The position numbers and the translations under genes were made by a program. DNA of 64,000 bases from Gonapodya sp. JEL0774 (Eukaryota): NCBI GenBank assembly GCA_027604505.1, contig JADIIX010000001.1, positions 372,001 through 436,000 of the forward strand, read 5' to 3'. Shown here piece after piece: positions 1 through 13,200 of the stretch; position 1 is the stretch's first letter, and every line of letters starts with the position of its first letter. The notes below the pieces were generated by a model. The model ran no database searches and had not been told where the DNA came from. It saw nothing but the letters and a program-made list of their open reading frames with translations.

Positions 1-3000
1 GTCCTTCATTGAGCCACCGTTCCTCACCCACATTCCAGCACGCACTTGGCCTGAAAATGAAAGAACTCTCATTGAATAGTCAAATATTCGATGAAGTCGG
101 TCATCACTCGGCTCCGTATTGGTATCCGACGCAAGACCCAGCAGACTGCTCCAGGACCCTGCAGACACAGGCAGAGACTCGGCACCGAAGGTGACAGCAT
201 CTCTAGCAAAATGTACCGAAGCAGAGAGCAACTCGGCTAACAACCAATGGACAGGATGATGGTAACTCAAGAAGTATGGACTGTGGCCTGCTGGAGAGCC
301 GCCTACTATGAAGGCAGGTATCTTGAAAGAACCACCAACAGCATACAACGGCGACACAACATCCCACGCCCCACTATCAGGTTCTAGCTGTGCCTGCGCA
401 GCACACCAACTATCCAGCCAAGCAACTGTTGCCCTCACTGCTTCCCTCCAACTCTGGAAGTCTCTCTGTAATGAATCTGCAGGCGATTCAGCTGCAGCAT
501 CCGCTCCATCATACTCTCCCGTCGGCGCAAGCGCTGCAGCGATAATCCACACCAACCTCCCAGTATGTATGGCAACACCGAAGGCGTGGATCCAGGCGAG
601 ATCCTCATAATCAACATGTGCACCAAGCTTACGTGCTTGTGGATTCATGCGTTGCCAAACACCCAGCGTGTCGAGCACCCATGGAATGAAATCTTTGACA
701 CGATCACGAAAAATGCGCTTACGGACTGGCGGAGCAGATAAAAGGTAACCGATGTCAGAGAACAGATGAGCGGTGCGTTTCGACTTAAAAATCATCGAGT
801 TCGCTGGTAAAGCCGGATAGTGGGGGGATCGATGGGTGAGGGAGAGGCGGAATGAGGCTTCTACACGATTTCGATTGAGAGAAACTTCCTGTCCAAGCGC
901 GTCGGAAAGATAGAATGTCTTGAACACATTCAGCATTGTAAACAGAGCACGTGTACTTGACACCAAGTGGTCAGCAACGCTGGGGACTGTAAAGAGCTGA
1001 ACGCAGAAGAGAAATATGGAATGATCCGGCTCTCGGTCCAGAAAAGTGTGAGAATGAGCGATTGGAAGATAGTTGGCCGCAAATCGTGACCCTTAAAACC
1101 AAGCGAAAATTTCTTTGTTTGAGAGGAATACTGAACAGTTAACATCAGCTTACCGAAATCCTTTTTAGACCAACTATCGACCATCAACGTTCGGATGAAC
1201 AGATCTCTCATCATGTCCCTCAGTGATTTCCAGAGATTTCTGTCCACTCTCAGAAAGCTGTCCAATCTCGGCCTCACGCTCGGTCCTCCGGGGACTGGCG
1301 GGGGCAGGTTCACAACAGGTGCTGCCGACAAACCCGCCCACGCTGTTCGGTTGGTTCCGGCCAATGCGAGTGTTGGGGTAACTGATGCCACATTCTGCGA
1401 TTGTGTATCCCCCGGCTGGGCGCCAGTCGGAATGGGACCTGCATCGGGCTGGACAAGCGGTGCCCCGACGCCTGTAGTTGTGGCCGGCTGAGCAGCTGTT
1501 TGGGCACGAGCAGCTAGCATACCACGGATCTGCTCGGTCAATTGAGTGACCAGTGCCTGTGGCGCAGGAATCGCGGGAGTGTTTACAACCCCTCCTTCCC
1601 CAGGATTGGCTTGTCCTCCTACGTCAGGTGTATCACCACCCTGTGTCCTTCCAACAATTGCTTCCTCAATCACCAATCTCAGAGCCTCCTCAAATCCGTC
1701 TTGAGTCTGCTGTGCGTTGACGTCGGGTGCAACAATAGCGATTTCGGCAACATCCGCGGGCTCCATATTTTCGTCGTCATCCTCATCATCCTCCTCCTCA
1801 TTTTCATCATCGTCCTCATCCATTTCATCGTAATCGTCATCATCGTCCTCGTCAATTTCCAACACGCCATCCATTGCCCAGGCCGGTGTGTCCGGGTCAG
1901 CCACTATAGGAGCCGGTCGGTTGGCAGGAAGGAGCTCTTCAATGTTTGCGTTGAGAATACCATCGGGTTCCAAGACAGGGTGGAGAACGTAATCGGGAGA
2001 TACACTTATACGATCTGGCTCCAGCGTGGATGACGCGGAGACTCTGTCCAAACCCTCCCATCCTGCTTCCCCAGGCCATTCTTGCACTGTTTCCACCACT
2101 CCACCAGTTTCAGAAACTCTCCTCCTGCCTTCGATCAAGAGCGCTTCACAAACCGCGTTCCGTACTTGGTCTCCCCAGGGGCCTTTAGCAGTTTGATGAA
2201 TGGTGCGGAGTAGCCAGGAAATACATAGTGCCGCTAACTCTTCGCGAAGAACCAAAGCAGCAGGATGGACGGTTGTCGTAAGTTGGACACGATTCAAAGG
2301 CCGTAACGAGTTGAAAATCACTGATGGGTTTGAGGTGTGGAGGATAACGCATCGGCCCTGGGTCGTAAAGAGTTTATCGCGATTGCAAGTGCACTTCTTC
2401 GATTTAATCAACTCACCACTCGATCAACTTCCGCAGCTATCTCTTTCGCCTCAGCGGGAGAAGAATGAACGGCACGCTCACAAGCGCCTATAACCTGGTC
2501 AAAAGTATGGTGCTCGTCGTTCCACAGCAACAGTGCCATTTCCTCGTTCTCTTCAGCTTCGGTTGTGGAAGAGTTACTTCCTTCTCCGGCTTCGTTTTCC
2601 TTCGCCCTCGCTTTACTCATAGTTCTTCGGTTCTGTTGCTGTGTCTGAATGGCGGTGACCTGGGCCGTACTGCTGAGTTGACTGGGCGGATGCACTGGCG
2701 CGGATAGAAAAGCTTCCAGGGCATAATCGAGAACAGTTGCGACAGTGGAGCGAATATCAAAAAGAATTCGAGGAGGGATAGGGGGTTGCGAGATCGACAA
2801 TTGTGGATCGGACAGCTTTGCTGTGTCGGTAGCCGGAGACGGTACTGAATCCAACGAATGATAATCGCAGCCCAGTTCTACTCTCCACGCTTCAGGGTCC
2901 CCACAATCGCAAAATCCACCAGTTCCGCGTGCGATTGAAAAGTTGTACTCGTGGCGCGACTTTATGGGGTCGGAAGTGGGATGCGTGGAGCGGAAGCAGT

Positions 3001-3773
3001 GAAGACAGAGGACGCAAGTTTCATCGAGAGAGCAGGTACGACAGCGGTAGATGGCCTCGCCCTTGCGGAAGACGTGACTGTGGAGGTCCACGTTTAGCAG
3101 CCCAAACCCACGATACAAAATGTTGGAGACGAACTTACCCGCAAATTTTCCCTTTTTGCGTATTTGAATACTCTGGGCCGAGACTATCCTCCTCGTCAGA
3201 ACCTTTGTCGGAATCGTCCCATTCATCGTCCTCCTCGGCTTCATCGACCCAAAATGAGTCATCGTCTGGTGTGCTATCACCGAAAATTGTCGATCCCGCG
3301 AGAGTCGTTCCTGGTGCGGCCGTGGAAGACCCGTCGAGCCTGTGGCCTCGAATGTTTGCCGTAATTGATGTTCCCGTCCCCCTCGACATACTGCTGAGAG
3401 CGTCCTCTTCTTCTTGACCCGCTGCATTCTTTTTCTTTCCCTTTTTAGACTTCTTTTCTTCCATAACTCCCAGTAGGTGGGTCCGTTCCTCTTCGGTCGT
3501 GCAACTCTTGGTAATCGACTGGTCTATCTGTTTCAACACACTCACCCTGGTCTCAGGTGATAGAGGAAACAGCTTTACGGGATGTGGCATGGCATTGTTT
3601 TTGCGATCTGGATGTCGAGCTCTGTCCAACGCGATTAACTGGTCCGGTAGTCCATTCAGAAACAACCACAGCGACTTATTGAAACCGCATGGGGAAAGCC
3701 CAGATTGTCCGTTGAGTGATTCAGAGCTTTCTGATGTACTCGGTGCACTTGCACTGGGAGAATTTTGATCCAT
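1..3773 (-). CDS. UBR1: N-end rule E3 ubiquitin ligase (UBR1/UBR2 family), 5' part; continues off the left edge; multi-exon
   Basis: ATG at 3773 (MDQNSPSA). UBR-box zinc finger HVFRKGEAIYRCRTCSLDETCVLCLHCF...GFCDCGDPEAW, then ClpS-like motif LLLWNDEHHTFDQVI, then the conserved RLDSFLRVDRNLWKSLR region. Confidence 0.93.
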
Positions 3774-4230
3774 GGAGAATTCGAAGAGTTGGGCTTGGGC
3801 GAGATAAGCGTGAAGGGGTGCGAGAATACAGAGTGGAGGACCACGACCACAGAAGATGGCAATGAGCCTCAATGAGCTCAGTAGACTCTCATGTAAAAAA
3901 ATGTTCCGGTGCGACACAATTGTATGGCATTGTTCTCTCCTTGAGTCAGTGCGATCATCTTACTCCGCTATATCAAGGACAGGCTCCATTCTATACACTC
4001 CGTTAATAATTGTCAATTTTCTGACAAAGAAACTATTTGAAATTGAGTATTTTCTATTTATTATCTTTAAGGGGATGTTCATAAGCGTCTACCACAGATG
4101 AGGGCCGGAAACCTCATGTCCCCTCCCTTGCAGAATTGTTGACCCGGCGGGGGGCACCTGTTCAAGGAAGTTATTTGAGACGGAAATCATCTCATCAGAG
4201 CTTCCATACCCCAAAGTTCAATCGGCAGAG

Positions 4231-6997
4231 ATGACGCTTTTCAAATCCACATATCCGGATGTCACCATCCCCAATCTGGATGTGAGTTTGACATGTCTTC
4301 ACCTCTGATCCGTTTGTGTCGGTGGGACCCATCGGTTTGCCGGATTGTGGCGTCAGCTGAATGCAGTGACAATCTCAATCCACTGAGGAATTGGGTGGTT
4401 TTGTGTGGTTTTGAACACCTTCTCACTCTCTCGTCGTGTGGTTGGTTCCACCGTAACCTTGAAGATTTTCAACTTCCTCTTCCCCGAGCACCTCCCTGCC
4501 CATCGTGTAAACCGCGTCGCATATGTTGACTCGGTGACCGGAAAAACCATCAGCCACGATGCCCTGAAGGGGTTGTGTCAGGACTTTGCCGCCGCTCTGT
4601 CGGGTCGATTTGGACTCAAGAGGGGAGGGGTCGTCGCCCTTTTCTCTCCTAACGATCGTGAGTTTTAATGAGTAAGGTAAAAGCGGTGGCCTTTTTATTT
4701 GCGATCGCTAATATCTTTGGCGGCAGTCTTGTACCCCGTTGCGTTCCTTGCGCCGCTCAGCATCGGCGGCGTGACGACCACCAACAACGTGAGCCCTACT
4801 CTCACCTCCATTAACTGTGTGAACTGACTACTAACTAACATTCTTCCCCGCCAGCACACCTGTGAGCGCCATTTTACCTCGTGCCTGTTGGAAATCGCAA
4901 CTACACACTTCTCTCTCTAGACACAGAGGAAGAGCTCATCCACCAGCTGAAAGACTCTTCTGCCTCCATTCTCATTACCCATGCTGCCGGCTTTGAGCTC
5001 GCGACAAGTGCCGCAGCCGCCGCTGGAATCAGCAAGGACAGGCTCATCCTCTTCTCTCGCGACAACAGCGAACCCAAACAGAGTTCCGTGCCAACTGTTT
5101 GGGAGCTTATTGAAGAGTGGGGGGCTAAACGAAGGCAGGGAACATTTGTATTGCCGGCCTTCAAACTGGGAGCCGATGCTGCCAAGACGGTGGCTATTCT
5201 TGCTTACAGGTCGGTAGTTGCACAGCATCAGTCGAGAGGATTATGAGATACACATATTCAAGTCACACCATCAATCTTACTACCTTAGCTCTGGCACCAC
5301 TGGTCGATCCAAAGGGTGAGCATACCGTTTACTGCTTCAAAGAGGCTCTGAAACAACGTTCACGATCTCCTTGGATTCCAGAGTTATGATTTCTCACAAA
5401 AACGTCATCGCAAACCTTACACAACTTAATGAATTTGACAAGGAGGAAACGAAGGCGAACCCTAACCCCTCCAACACAGCAGTCTTGCCAATGTACCAGT
5501 ACGTACTGTACTGTCTGATGTCTTTCTATTCTTGGTGGGAACTGAGACTCATATTCTCCTTCAATCACACAGCATTTACGGTATCATTTACTTCCTTCAC
5601 TACAACATCTTCCGCGGAGCCTTCACCGTCGTCTTCCCCAAATTCGAACCCACGCTGTTCCTCAGTGCCTGCGAGAAGTATGTTGCAATTTCCCTTGCTA
5701 ACACGGTTGGAATTGACCAAATAACCGATGGACGTTGCACAGATACAAGATTTCCATCCTGTACATTGTACCTCCCGTTGTCCTATTCCTTTCGCAGAGC
5801 CCCCTCGTAGACAACTACGACCTTTCAAGCGTGCGTTGTATCTACTCTGCCGCCGCACCCCTTCCTTGGGAGTCTGTTGTCAACCTCCGGAAACGGAAGA
5901 CTCTTAAGAATTGGCATTTGGTTCAAGGGTGGGGAGTGAGTTTCTTCCTTTTTGAAGTTACACCCGTTTGTGTGCGCATGAATTTGTAGTGCTGAATATG
6001 GCCGATTAACTCTTAGATGACAGAGTCTTGTGTTGCGGTTACCAACACCCCCATGCCTGGAAACTTCAAAGATTCCGTCGGAGTCATTCTTCCGGTGAGC
6101 GTCGGCCTCCTGTCCTTTGTCGCATGATTGTGACCAAGTTTGGGAGCCGCATGCTTAACCTCATGTGCACGTATACAGGGACAAGAAGTCAAGATCATTG
6201 ACCCAGACACTGGTAAAGAACTCGGTGTCAATGAAGAAGGAGAGATCCTCGTACGTGGTGCCAACATCACCATGGGCTACTTAAATAACGCCAAGGCGAC
6301 CGCCGAAACATACACCGTTGATGGTTTCCTTCACACTGGTATGTAAACTTTACATTCAATTGATCGAAAGAGTTTCAATGTGTTAATCGTCTTGTTGGTG
6401 TTATGTGCAGGTGATGTTGGTGTCTTTGATAGCAACGGGCACCTGCAGATCAAGGTGGGTTCCATCCCATCCTAACTGTTTCACAAAATCTCAATCCATT
6501 CCCACTACGTAGGACCGAATAAAGGAACTTATCAAAGTGAAGGGTCTCCAAGTTGCCCCTGCTGAGCTTGAAGGTGTTCTTCTTGGACATCCTGCCGTCG
6601 CAGATTCGTGCGTTGTTCAAGTTCCGGATGAGCGCTCTGGAGAACTGCCACGAGCCTACGTAGTGATCCACCCGGTGAGTAGCCACGCGGGTCGTTGTAA
6701 ACTCGCAACTCACAATCCTTCCTCAAAACAGCACGAGAAAGCTAGTTCGAAGCTGCGGGACAGCATTTACAAACATGTGCAGGGGAAACTTGGTAAGAGT
6801 GTGTTTCGCGGTAGAAAACGAGGGCATATTCTCAGAACTTGTGACATGCTCTCCCCGAAGCTCGCCACAAGTGGCTCGACGGTGGGATTGTGTTTGTGGA
6901 ATCAGTACCCAAGAGCCCGTCAGGCAAGATTCTTCGACGATTCTTGCGTGACCAGGCGAAGAAAGAATGGGCGACAGAAAACGGAGCCAAACTATGA
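4231..6997 (+). CDS. 4-coumarate-CoA-ligase-like AMP-dependent acyl-CoA synthetase, peroxisomal (PTS1 -AKL); many introns
   Basis: Spliced motifs [65 protein letters not shown]. Last exon ends ...ENGAKL-TGA at 6995-6997. Confidence 0.92.
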
Positions 6998-7182
6998 AAG
7001 AGCCAGATAGATGTAGATACAGACTCTTGGTTTTGTAAAGAGATTACATACTATATTGCATATTGTCTCGATCACTGTCCATATTTCTCCCGGAAAATTA
7101 TCTGCATCTTATGTTTCATGATGCAATCTGCTCAGAACCTGCTCACAGTTTCCGGCAAGATTACATGAGTAACGTAGAGCCC

Positions 7183-8331
7183 CTACGTTTCGTCATCACC
7201 GCTATCGTAAGGCTCAAGGCCAGCAAGCTGAAGTCCACGGTATCCCACGACTGGCCGTTTCGTTTTGATCGGAACCGTGCGAAAGGTTCTACCACTGAGA
7301 ATCTCCAGAATGAGTGTCAAAAGTGTCAACTGAAAACCCTGCACACTCACAAAGCTGAAGCACAGGGGTCATGGCCGTGGCCCCACATATTATTGAAGGC
7401 ACTGATCTTCTTTTGCAGCTGCTCTGGAGTTGCAAGCGAAGCCGGAGACATGCAAACATAAGCAACCGCGCGAGGTATCGGCCGCGCTAGTCGTCGATTG
7501 GGATCCGGGGCAGAGTTGCAGTGGACTGTTCGAGAGTCCCAAAGGAAAAGAGTGCCGGCCTAGGTGAACCAACAAATATGAGCCAGAGTCACATAACAAT
7601 TAATCGGAGGGTCGCACTTACAGGACCGCAAACCTGTTGAAAGAATGTTAATAAAATCACAGACTTGTGAAGCATTTCAAATTGAAGCTCACCTTAACGC
7701 GTTCGCATCCACGAGTGGTGCAAATGCGCTCCAGGTTTTCTTCGTCTTCTGCGCCGACTACCGCCGGCCCGAGGTCATCAGTTACCCTTTTGTGACTCTT
7801 CCTCCATACAACTAATCCACCATCCTGTTCGTAAGAGTCCCATAAAGTCACAAGCCCCTGGTAGCAGTGCAGTCCAATCTTATCCTTTGGCTGGTCGATA
7901 TGTGCCCAGGAACGAAAGTTTTTCCACTGTTCAGGATAATATTCGGGCGGCACCATGAAGCAAGCTCCATCAAATGAAACTAGTAATTTCTGCGTGCCCC
8001 ATAGCGATTCAAAAACGCTGAGCACTTTCGCGTTCTGGCGGATATCCCAAAGAAACTGGGCTTGTGCAATGCCAAAGCCATGTATGATGCCGTAAAAGTT
8101 CTTGGGCCAAACTTCCTTCTTCCAAGTCTCTGGTTGATCTCTGCGAATCCTCTCGTCGAAGTTCTCTAGCCAGTCCCAAAAACCGCCACGCAAATTCTTC
8201 AAATCATCATCCTCATCAAAAACCTTGACGCCTGCGAAACCGTCCCTCTCCAGGTCTTCACGCAGTAGATCGACCTCATCAATCTGTCGAATCGTTGGGA
8301 ACCGACAATTTGAATCTGTAGATGTTTCCAT
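7183..8331 (-). CDS. Phytanoyl-CoA dioxygenase-like (PhyH) Fe(II)/2-oxoglutarate oxygenase
   Basis: WAHIDQ (HxD), CYQGLVTLWDS-DGGLVV, and after a 12-nt exon (7622-7633) AGTLFLWDSRTVHCN supplying the distal His of the facial triad. Ends RGLQLAGLEPY...ET-TAG. Confidence 0.8.
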
Positions 8332-8735
8332 GTTGTTTCTGCAAAATGATGATGTTGGACGAATATATGATGGGTGCTGTGGCCAGACTTACTTTTTGCG
8401 GATGTGGCGAGTGTGAAACCGAATTTATTTTGCCGTCGCCATCAACTGCAGGCCCCCGGGAGATTGAAATTGCCTGCAGACATAGCGAAGCTGAAGGCAG
8501 CGAATGAGGTCCAGTTTTCACAAAAAAAAAACATCTCGTGTGGCCATTATGTAATTGTTGTCAGGAGAAACGATTTGAATTACCATTCAAATCGACACCC
8601 ACCGACCAAGCACGCAAGTCATTCCATCTATTTAATGTCTAGTCTGGAGGGGGGGACTGCCGTCGACAGCCCGTCGACCAACGACAACCCCTATTAATTA
8701 GAACCCCCTCACTAACAGATCCATCGAGCTCCCAT

Positions 8736-10106
8736 TCAAATTTTCCTCTCCTTGTACCTCTTAAGAAAACTGACCGTAAATTTACCCTTCTTGGGTAAAA
8801 CAAGCAGCCTCACCACCCCGTCCCAAACCACAAAGCCCCTTTCTCGTAATATTTGCCCTAATGTTCTCCCTTTATCTGAAATCCGTACAACCCGAGTCCT
8901 TGTTGGGTCCGAATCCACCTCGTTCTCACTCCCCATCGAACCAATCGGTAGCTCGTACCAAAGATCCACACTCAAATAATTGTAGCTATTCTGAGTGTCC
9001 CAAGATGGAGGTTCGGCAAGAACTTCACGAAGATGTTCCAACACGGGGTCATTCTCAGCTGCTGATTGAACTAGGTCTGTTTGGTGATATTCAGGGTACA
9101 GCAGCAGTATTGGAAAGTGTAGGGTAGCTGGTTTCGTTGTGGTGTCAATTGTGGGTCGTGGGAGTTCAGCGGACGGAAGGTTTGTAGAGGACGATCGAGA
9201 TGGAGATTCTCGAACCACTATCCCTCGGTCCCGAATCGTTCGTTCCAGGAGCTCCTGATGTACTCGCTCGGCTCGTTCGCGCTCCGCATGACGTGCTTTC
9301 GCCAAAAGAAGCTCCTCTTTTTTGGAAACGATTGCATTGTTCAGGGTTTCGAGAGGTTGGTTTGAGGGATCAAGCTACCAAAATTGATACAACTATGAGA
9401 TGACGGGACACTGAACTCTTTTCAAAGAATTGTTGGTAAGCCCAGTCAGAGCCTATTAACATGCCTCTCACCTGTAAACCACGCTTTGCCGCATCAAGCG
9501 CATCATCTACATGGTCCAAAGCAAGAGACGCTTTGGCTGCTCGGTAATACGCTTTGACGTTCTTTGCGTTAGCCTTTATTGCCTTTGCACAGTCACCAAG
9601 GGTACTCCGAAAGTTGCCGAGTTCAAGATTTACCGCAGCACGGTTCGCATAAAGAGTTGAAACGAGTTCTGCGTCTGTTGGATTTGCAGCGATACCCTTG
9701 GAATAGAAGCTGACCGCGTCAGAGTACCCTTTCTTCCCAAGTCGGAATGCTTCGTTGCCTTGCTCCTTAAAGTTGGCGGCAATCTCTGGCAGTCATGAGG
9801 CACAAAACAAGAAAGAGACGAACGAAGTTGCTGAGGTTGAATTTCTTTGATTGATTTGAAGAGGTACTCGCCCGGCGACGTACCATCCGGAGTCCCCTCA
9901 TAAAGCATTTCCTGTAAAGCTTTGGCGTACTTATTGTCCTCCAGGTTGTCGGGCATTTTTGTCATAAAAAAGGGATGTTCTTGAAGTTCCGCAACAAGTT
10001 CGTCCGCGGTCCTGTTGGCTTTCGCTGGATCTGGAGGGGGAAGCGGAAATCCAAAATCATCGTCCTCTTGCGAGAGCGTAGGTGGTGGTGATGGATGGGT
10101 TGACAT
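8736..10106 (-). CDS. CNS1: Hsp70/Hsp90 TPR co-chaperone Cns1/TTC4
   Basis: ELQEHPFFMTKMP...ALQEMLYEGTP, TPR exons (ANFKEQGNEAF, NRAAVNLELGNF), C-terminal wheel domain LHFPILLLYPEYHQTDLV. Confidence 0.9.
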
Positions 10107-10226
10107 TCCAAGGACAGTGGTGGCTGTGGATGAAGTGGCCAGTCTTGACTGACTATGAAACTTCCCCCACCTTCCCGTCCTGTTGGGCGTTCACACAGTC
10201 ACAGTGCGCACTTTCGTTTCTTAACA

Positions 10227-13200
10227 ATGGATAGCACCAGCGAACTTTTTCCGTCATTGCTCCGGCAAATGATTGATGTAGCAACGCCGTTCACATTCGG
10301 CGACGCCGTCGGTTGTTCCATCAAGGGACACGAATGGCACGCGTTTAGTGCGGAGAATCATGCAACATACGTGCTCTTGGATGGTCAATTAACTGGAGGT
10401 GGAGCTGGAGGTGGACCGGGAGGGGCAAATCGGAAGCCGAGCTCACCTGTGTTCTTGGCGTGCTTCCCTCGGATATTTGGACCGGACACTACTGGAAGTG
10501 GAGAAAGCGTGATGCTGATCGGGTGCTCTAGATGCAGGCTCGCGCTTTGCGCCAGAATGCGGACACTGAATGAGAGAACCAACAAGGAACACTATCACCA
10601 CTTCCATTTCTGCGACACCGTCAACCCAGTCGAGGATGATACTAAACTATATGTATACTCTTGCTGCGAGTGTAGCTCTATTCTGAAGCTCTCCTTTCTC
10701 GCTCCCGTCATATCCCCGAACATCTGGGGGAAATTAGTGCGGGACCGTTCCACCGAGCAGGCCGCCACCGTTTTCCTCTGCCTTACTACTTGGGCCAAAG
10801 GTGCACTGCCTCTTGATGAGTACATTATTGGCCATAGTCAAGGGGGACTGAGAGGAAGAGACCTACAACCTCAAATCACTGCCAACTCTTTGTCACGACA
10901 TGGAGCATCTCCGCAAAACTTCGCAAATGAACACGGCTCTGAAAACAAAGCTCCCTCGGTTCCAGGCGCTTGGCCTGGGACCGCAACCTTTAAGCCATTA
11001 ACAAACTCTGTGGTTTCACAAGATAACGGCACTGAAACCCCCGAGAAAACCTTTGGTCGTCAATCACAAGGACTACCTGACAACCGTAAATCAATAAATT
11101 TTGGTCCGGGGAGTGCTCTTGATCGTTATGTTGGTGTGAACAGGGGAGCGTGAGTATGCTGATGCTCCTCCCTCTTCTATACTTTCTGAGACAGCGTGGC
11201 GACGGCTGGGTATTACAGCTCTGCATTTCTTTTCTCCCTTGGGTTCACTCGGGATGGTGATGGCGATGTGGGCAAGTTTGTACCGCCCCCTCTCCATTTT
11301 GATGGTGCAGGGCCTCCACCGGTGGAAGAGATGCAGGAACAGGAAAAGACATTCACACGAATAGAGAGGGCAAACTGGGAGTGCGCATTTGCATACTGGC
11401 TGTGGGCCAAAGATGTCAAGAATGGTGAGTAATCTGTGTCTCCCCATTTTGCGTGGACCAAATGGCGTCATATGTCACTTTCAGCGACACCGTCCCCATC
11501 CTTTATTGCTGCGGGTCACACGTCTGACCTTCTTGGCTCCTTTCTCACCTCAACTCGAATGCCTCGCCTGCCTCCTCATATTCGACCTGGTCCCCAGGAC
11601 GACAACACCATTCTGGGTTGCACAATATATGATGGCAGCCCTGCTATTCTCCGTGCATTTCGCATCCTCTCATCTCACCACCCGGAACTTACAACTGCAC
11701 TGTACATCCCAGCTCTCTCCCGACTTGCTCAGGCACGGGTCGACGACGATTTGGCCCTTGCCGCCGCAGAAGCTGAGTCTCTCGATATGGCAGGGATGTC
11801 GCAGGCCTCGACAGTGGTTATGGAGGAGAGTGCCTCGTCGGTGGACGTTCTGATGCGAGACGCGAGCCAATCCAACTCACTGTACGGATATGTGGAACCA
11901 CGCACCATCATGCTTCCTCCTTCAGAAAAGCATGGTGTGACTTCATCTATCGACTGGTCCTACTCCGCTATTGCGTCCAACGTGGATTCTGGCGCCACCA
12001 CCATGGACCTGTCTTCAGCGTATCGCCTTATCGGAATCCCAGATAGTTCTGCCGATCCAGCCCTCCTCCGTGCGTGCGTTGCGGTGCGGCTGACCGACTC
12101 CCCCTGGCAGCGAGGGAAGATCCTGCAGGCTGTCAGAGTTATTGGGAATCACAACTGCTGGCAGTGGGCAGCGGAGTGGGCAGATAAAGACTGTCCAGCA
12201 GATGATGATATTAGAGGGTTGGGATATGCGGGTTGGGAGGTGCCAATAGTGGTGGAAGGGGGACTGGTTGAATCGGGTGGGAAGGATATGCCTGCTGGCC
12301 TTGCAAATTTGGGTGCGACATGCTATTTGAACTCTTTGCTCCAGTTACTTTTCTCGTTGCGACAGCTGCGAGATGCAGTGATTGAAGAGGTGTTTGGCGT
12401 ACAGGCGGGGGAAGCGAACGGACTGCTTGGTAACGTCACGGAGATTGAACAAGCGAATTCCAATCGGGGAGGAATTCGCACAGTAGTGGAGGGAACTTCA
12501 TCCACGGACTCTTCGAAAAAGCGAGAATGCCTGGATTCAAAACGGGAGGCACTTATAATGGACAGAAAACAAACGTGTAAGTGCCGTACGATAGTGTAGG
12601 TTCTTGCGACTCTAAATGTCACCGGCAACAATTCTTGTTTCTATGTGGAAACTGCTACTCTCACTCGATTCCGGAATCGACAGTTCTCATGCACCTAGCC
12701 ACTCTGTTCGTTCATCTGATATTTACTGACTCCCGATCGGTGACCCCGCCTGAAGATCTTGTGGGTATCGTAATGCAGCCTCTGGATGAGTGGGTCTCAC
12801 GACGCATGGTGAAAGAAGTCGTTGGTGGAGTTGATGACGAAGGGAAACATCAGTCGACTGAATCCGATTCGACTTCCACAAATCAAACGCCCACTAATGC
12901 TCTGCCTGCAGGTCAGAAAATTTCGAAAGTTGAGTGGTCTGTTGGAGCTCAGCAAGATATGACTGAGGCCATGGACAGTGTCAGCGCCATATTGGAAGAG
13001 GTCCTAACAAAATCAAATGGCCCCGCCATTCAGTCCGATAGCCGAGTTGCGGATGCAAACACACTATCTTCGACCTTGCCAAGTCCTGTCATGTCAGCTG
13101 CTTCCGCTGCAGCCTCTAAGTTCCTTACGTGGTCTGTGTCCGCGAAGCGGAAGCGCGACCCTAGTCCTGACACCTCTCAGCCCGTCACGGAGGATGTCCA

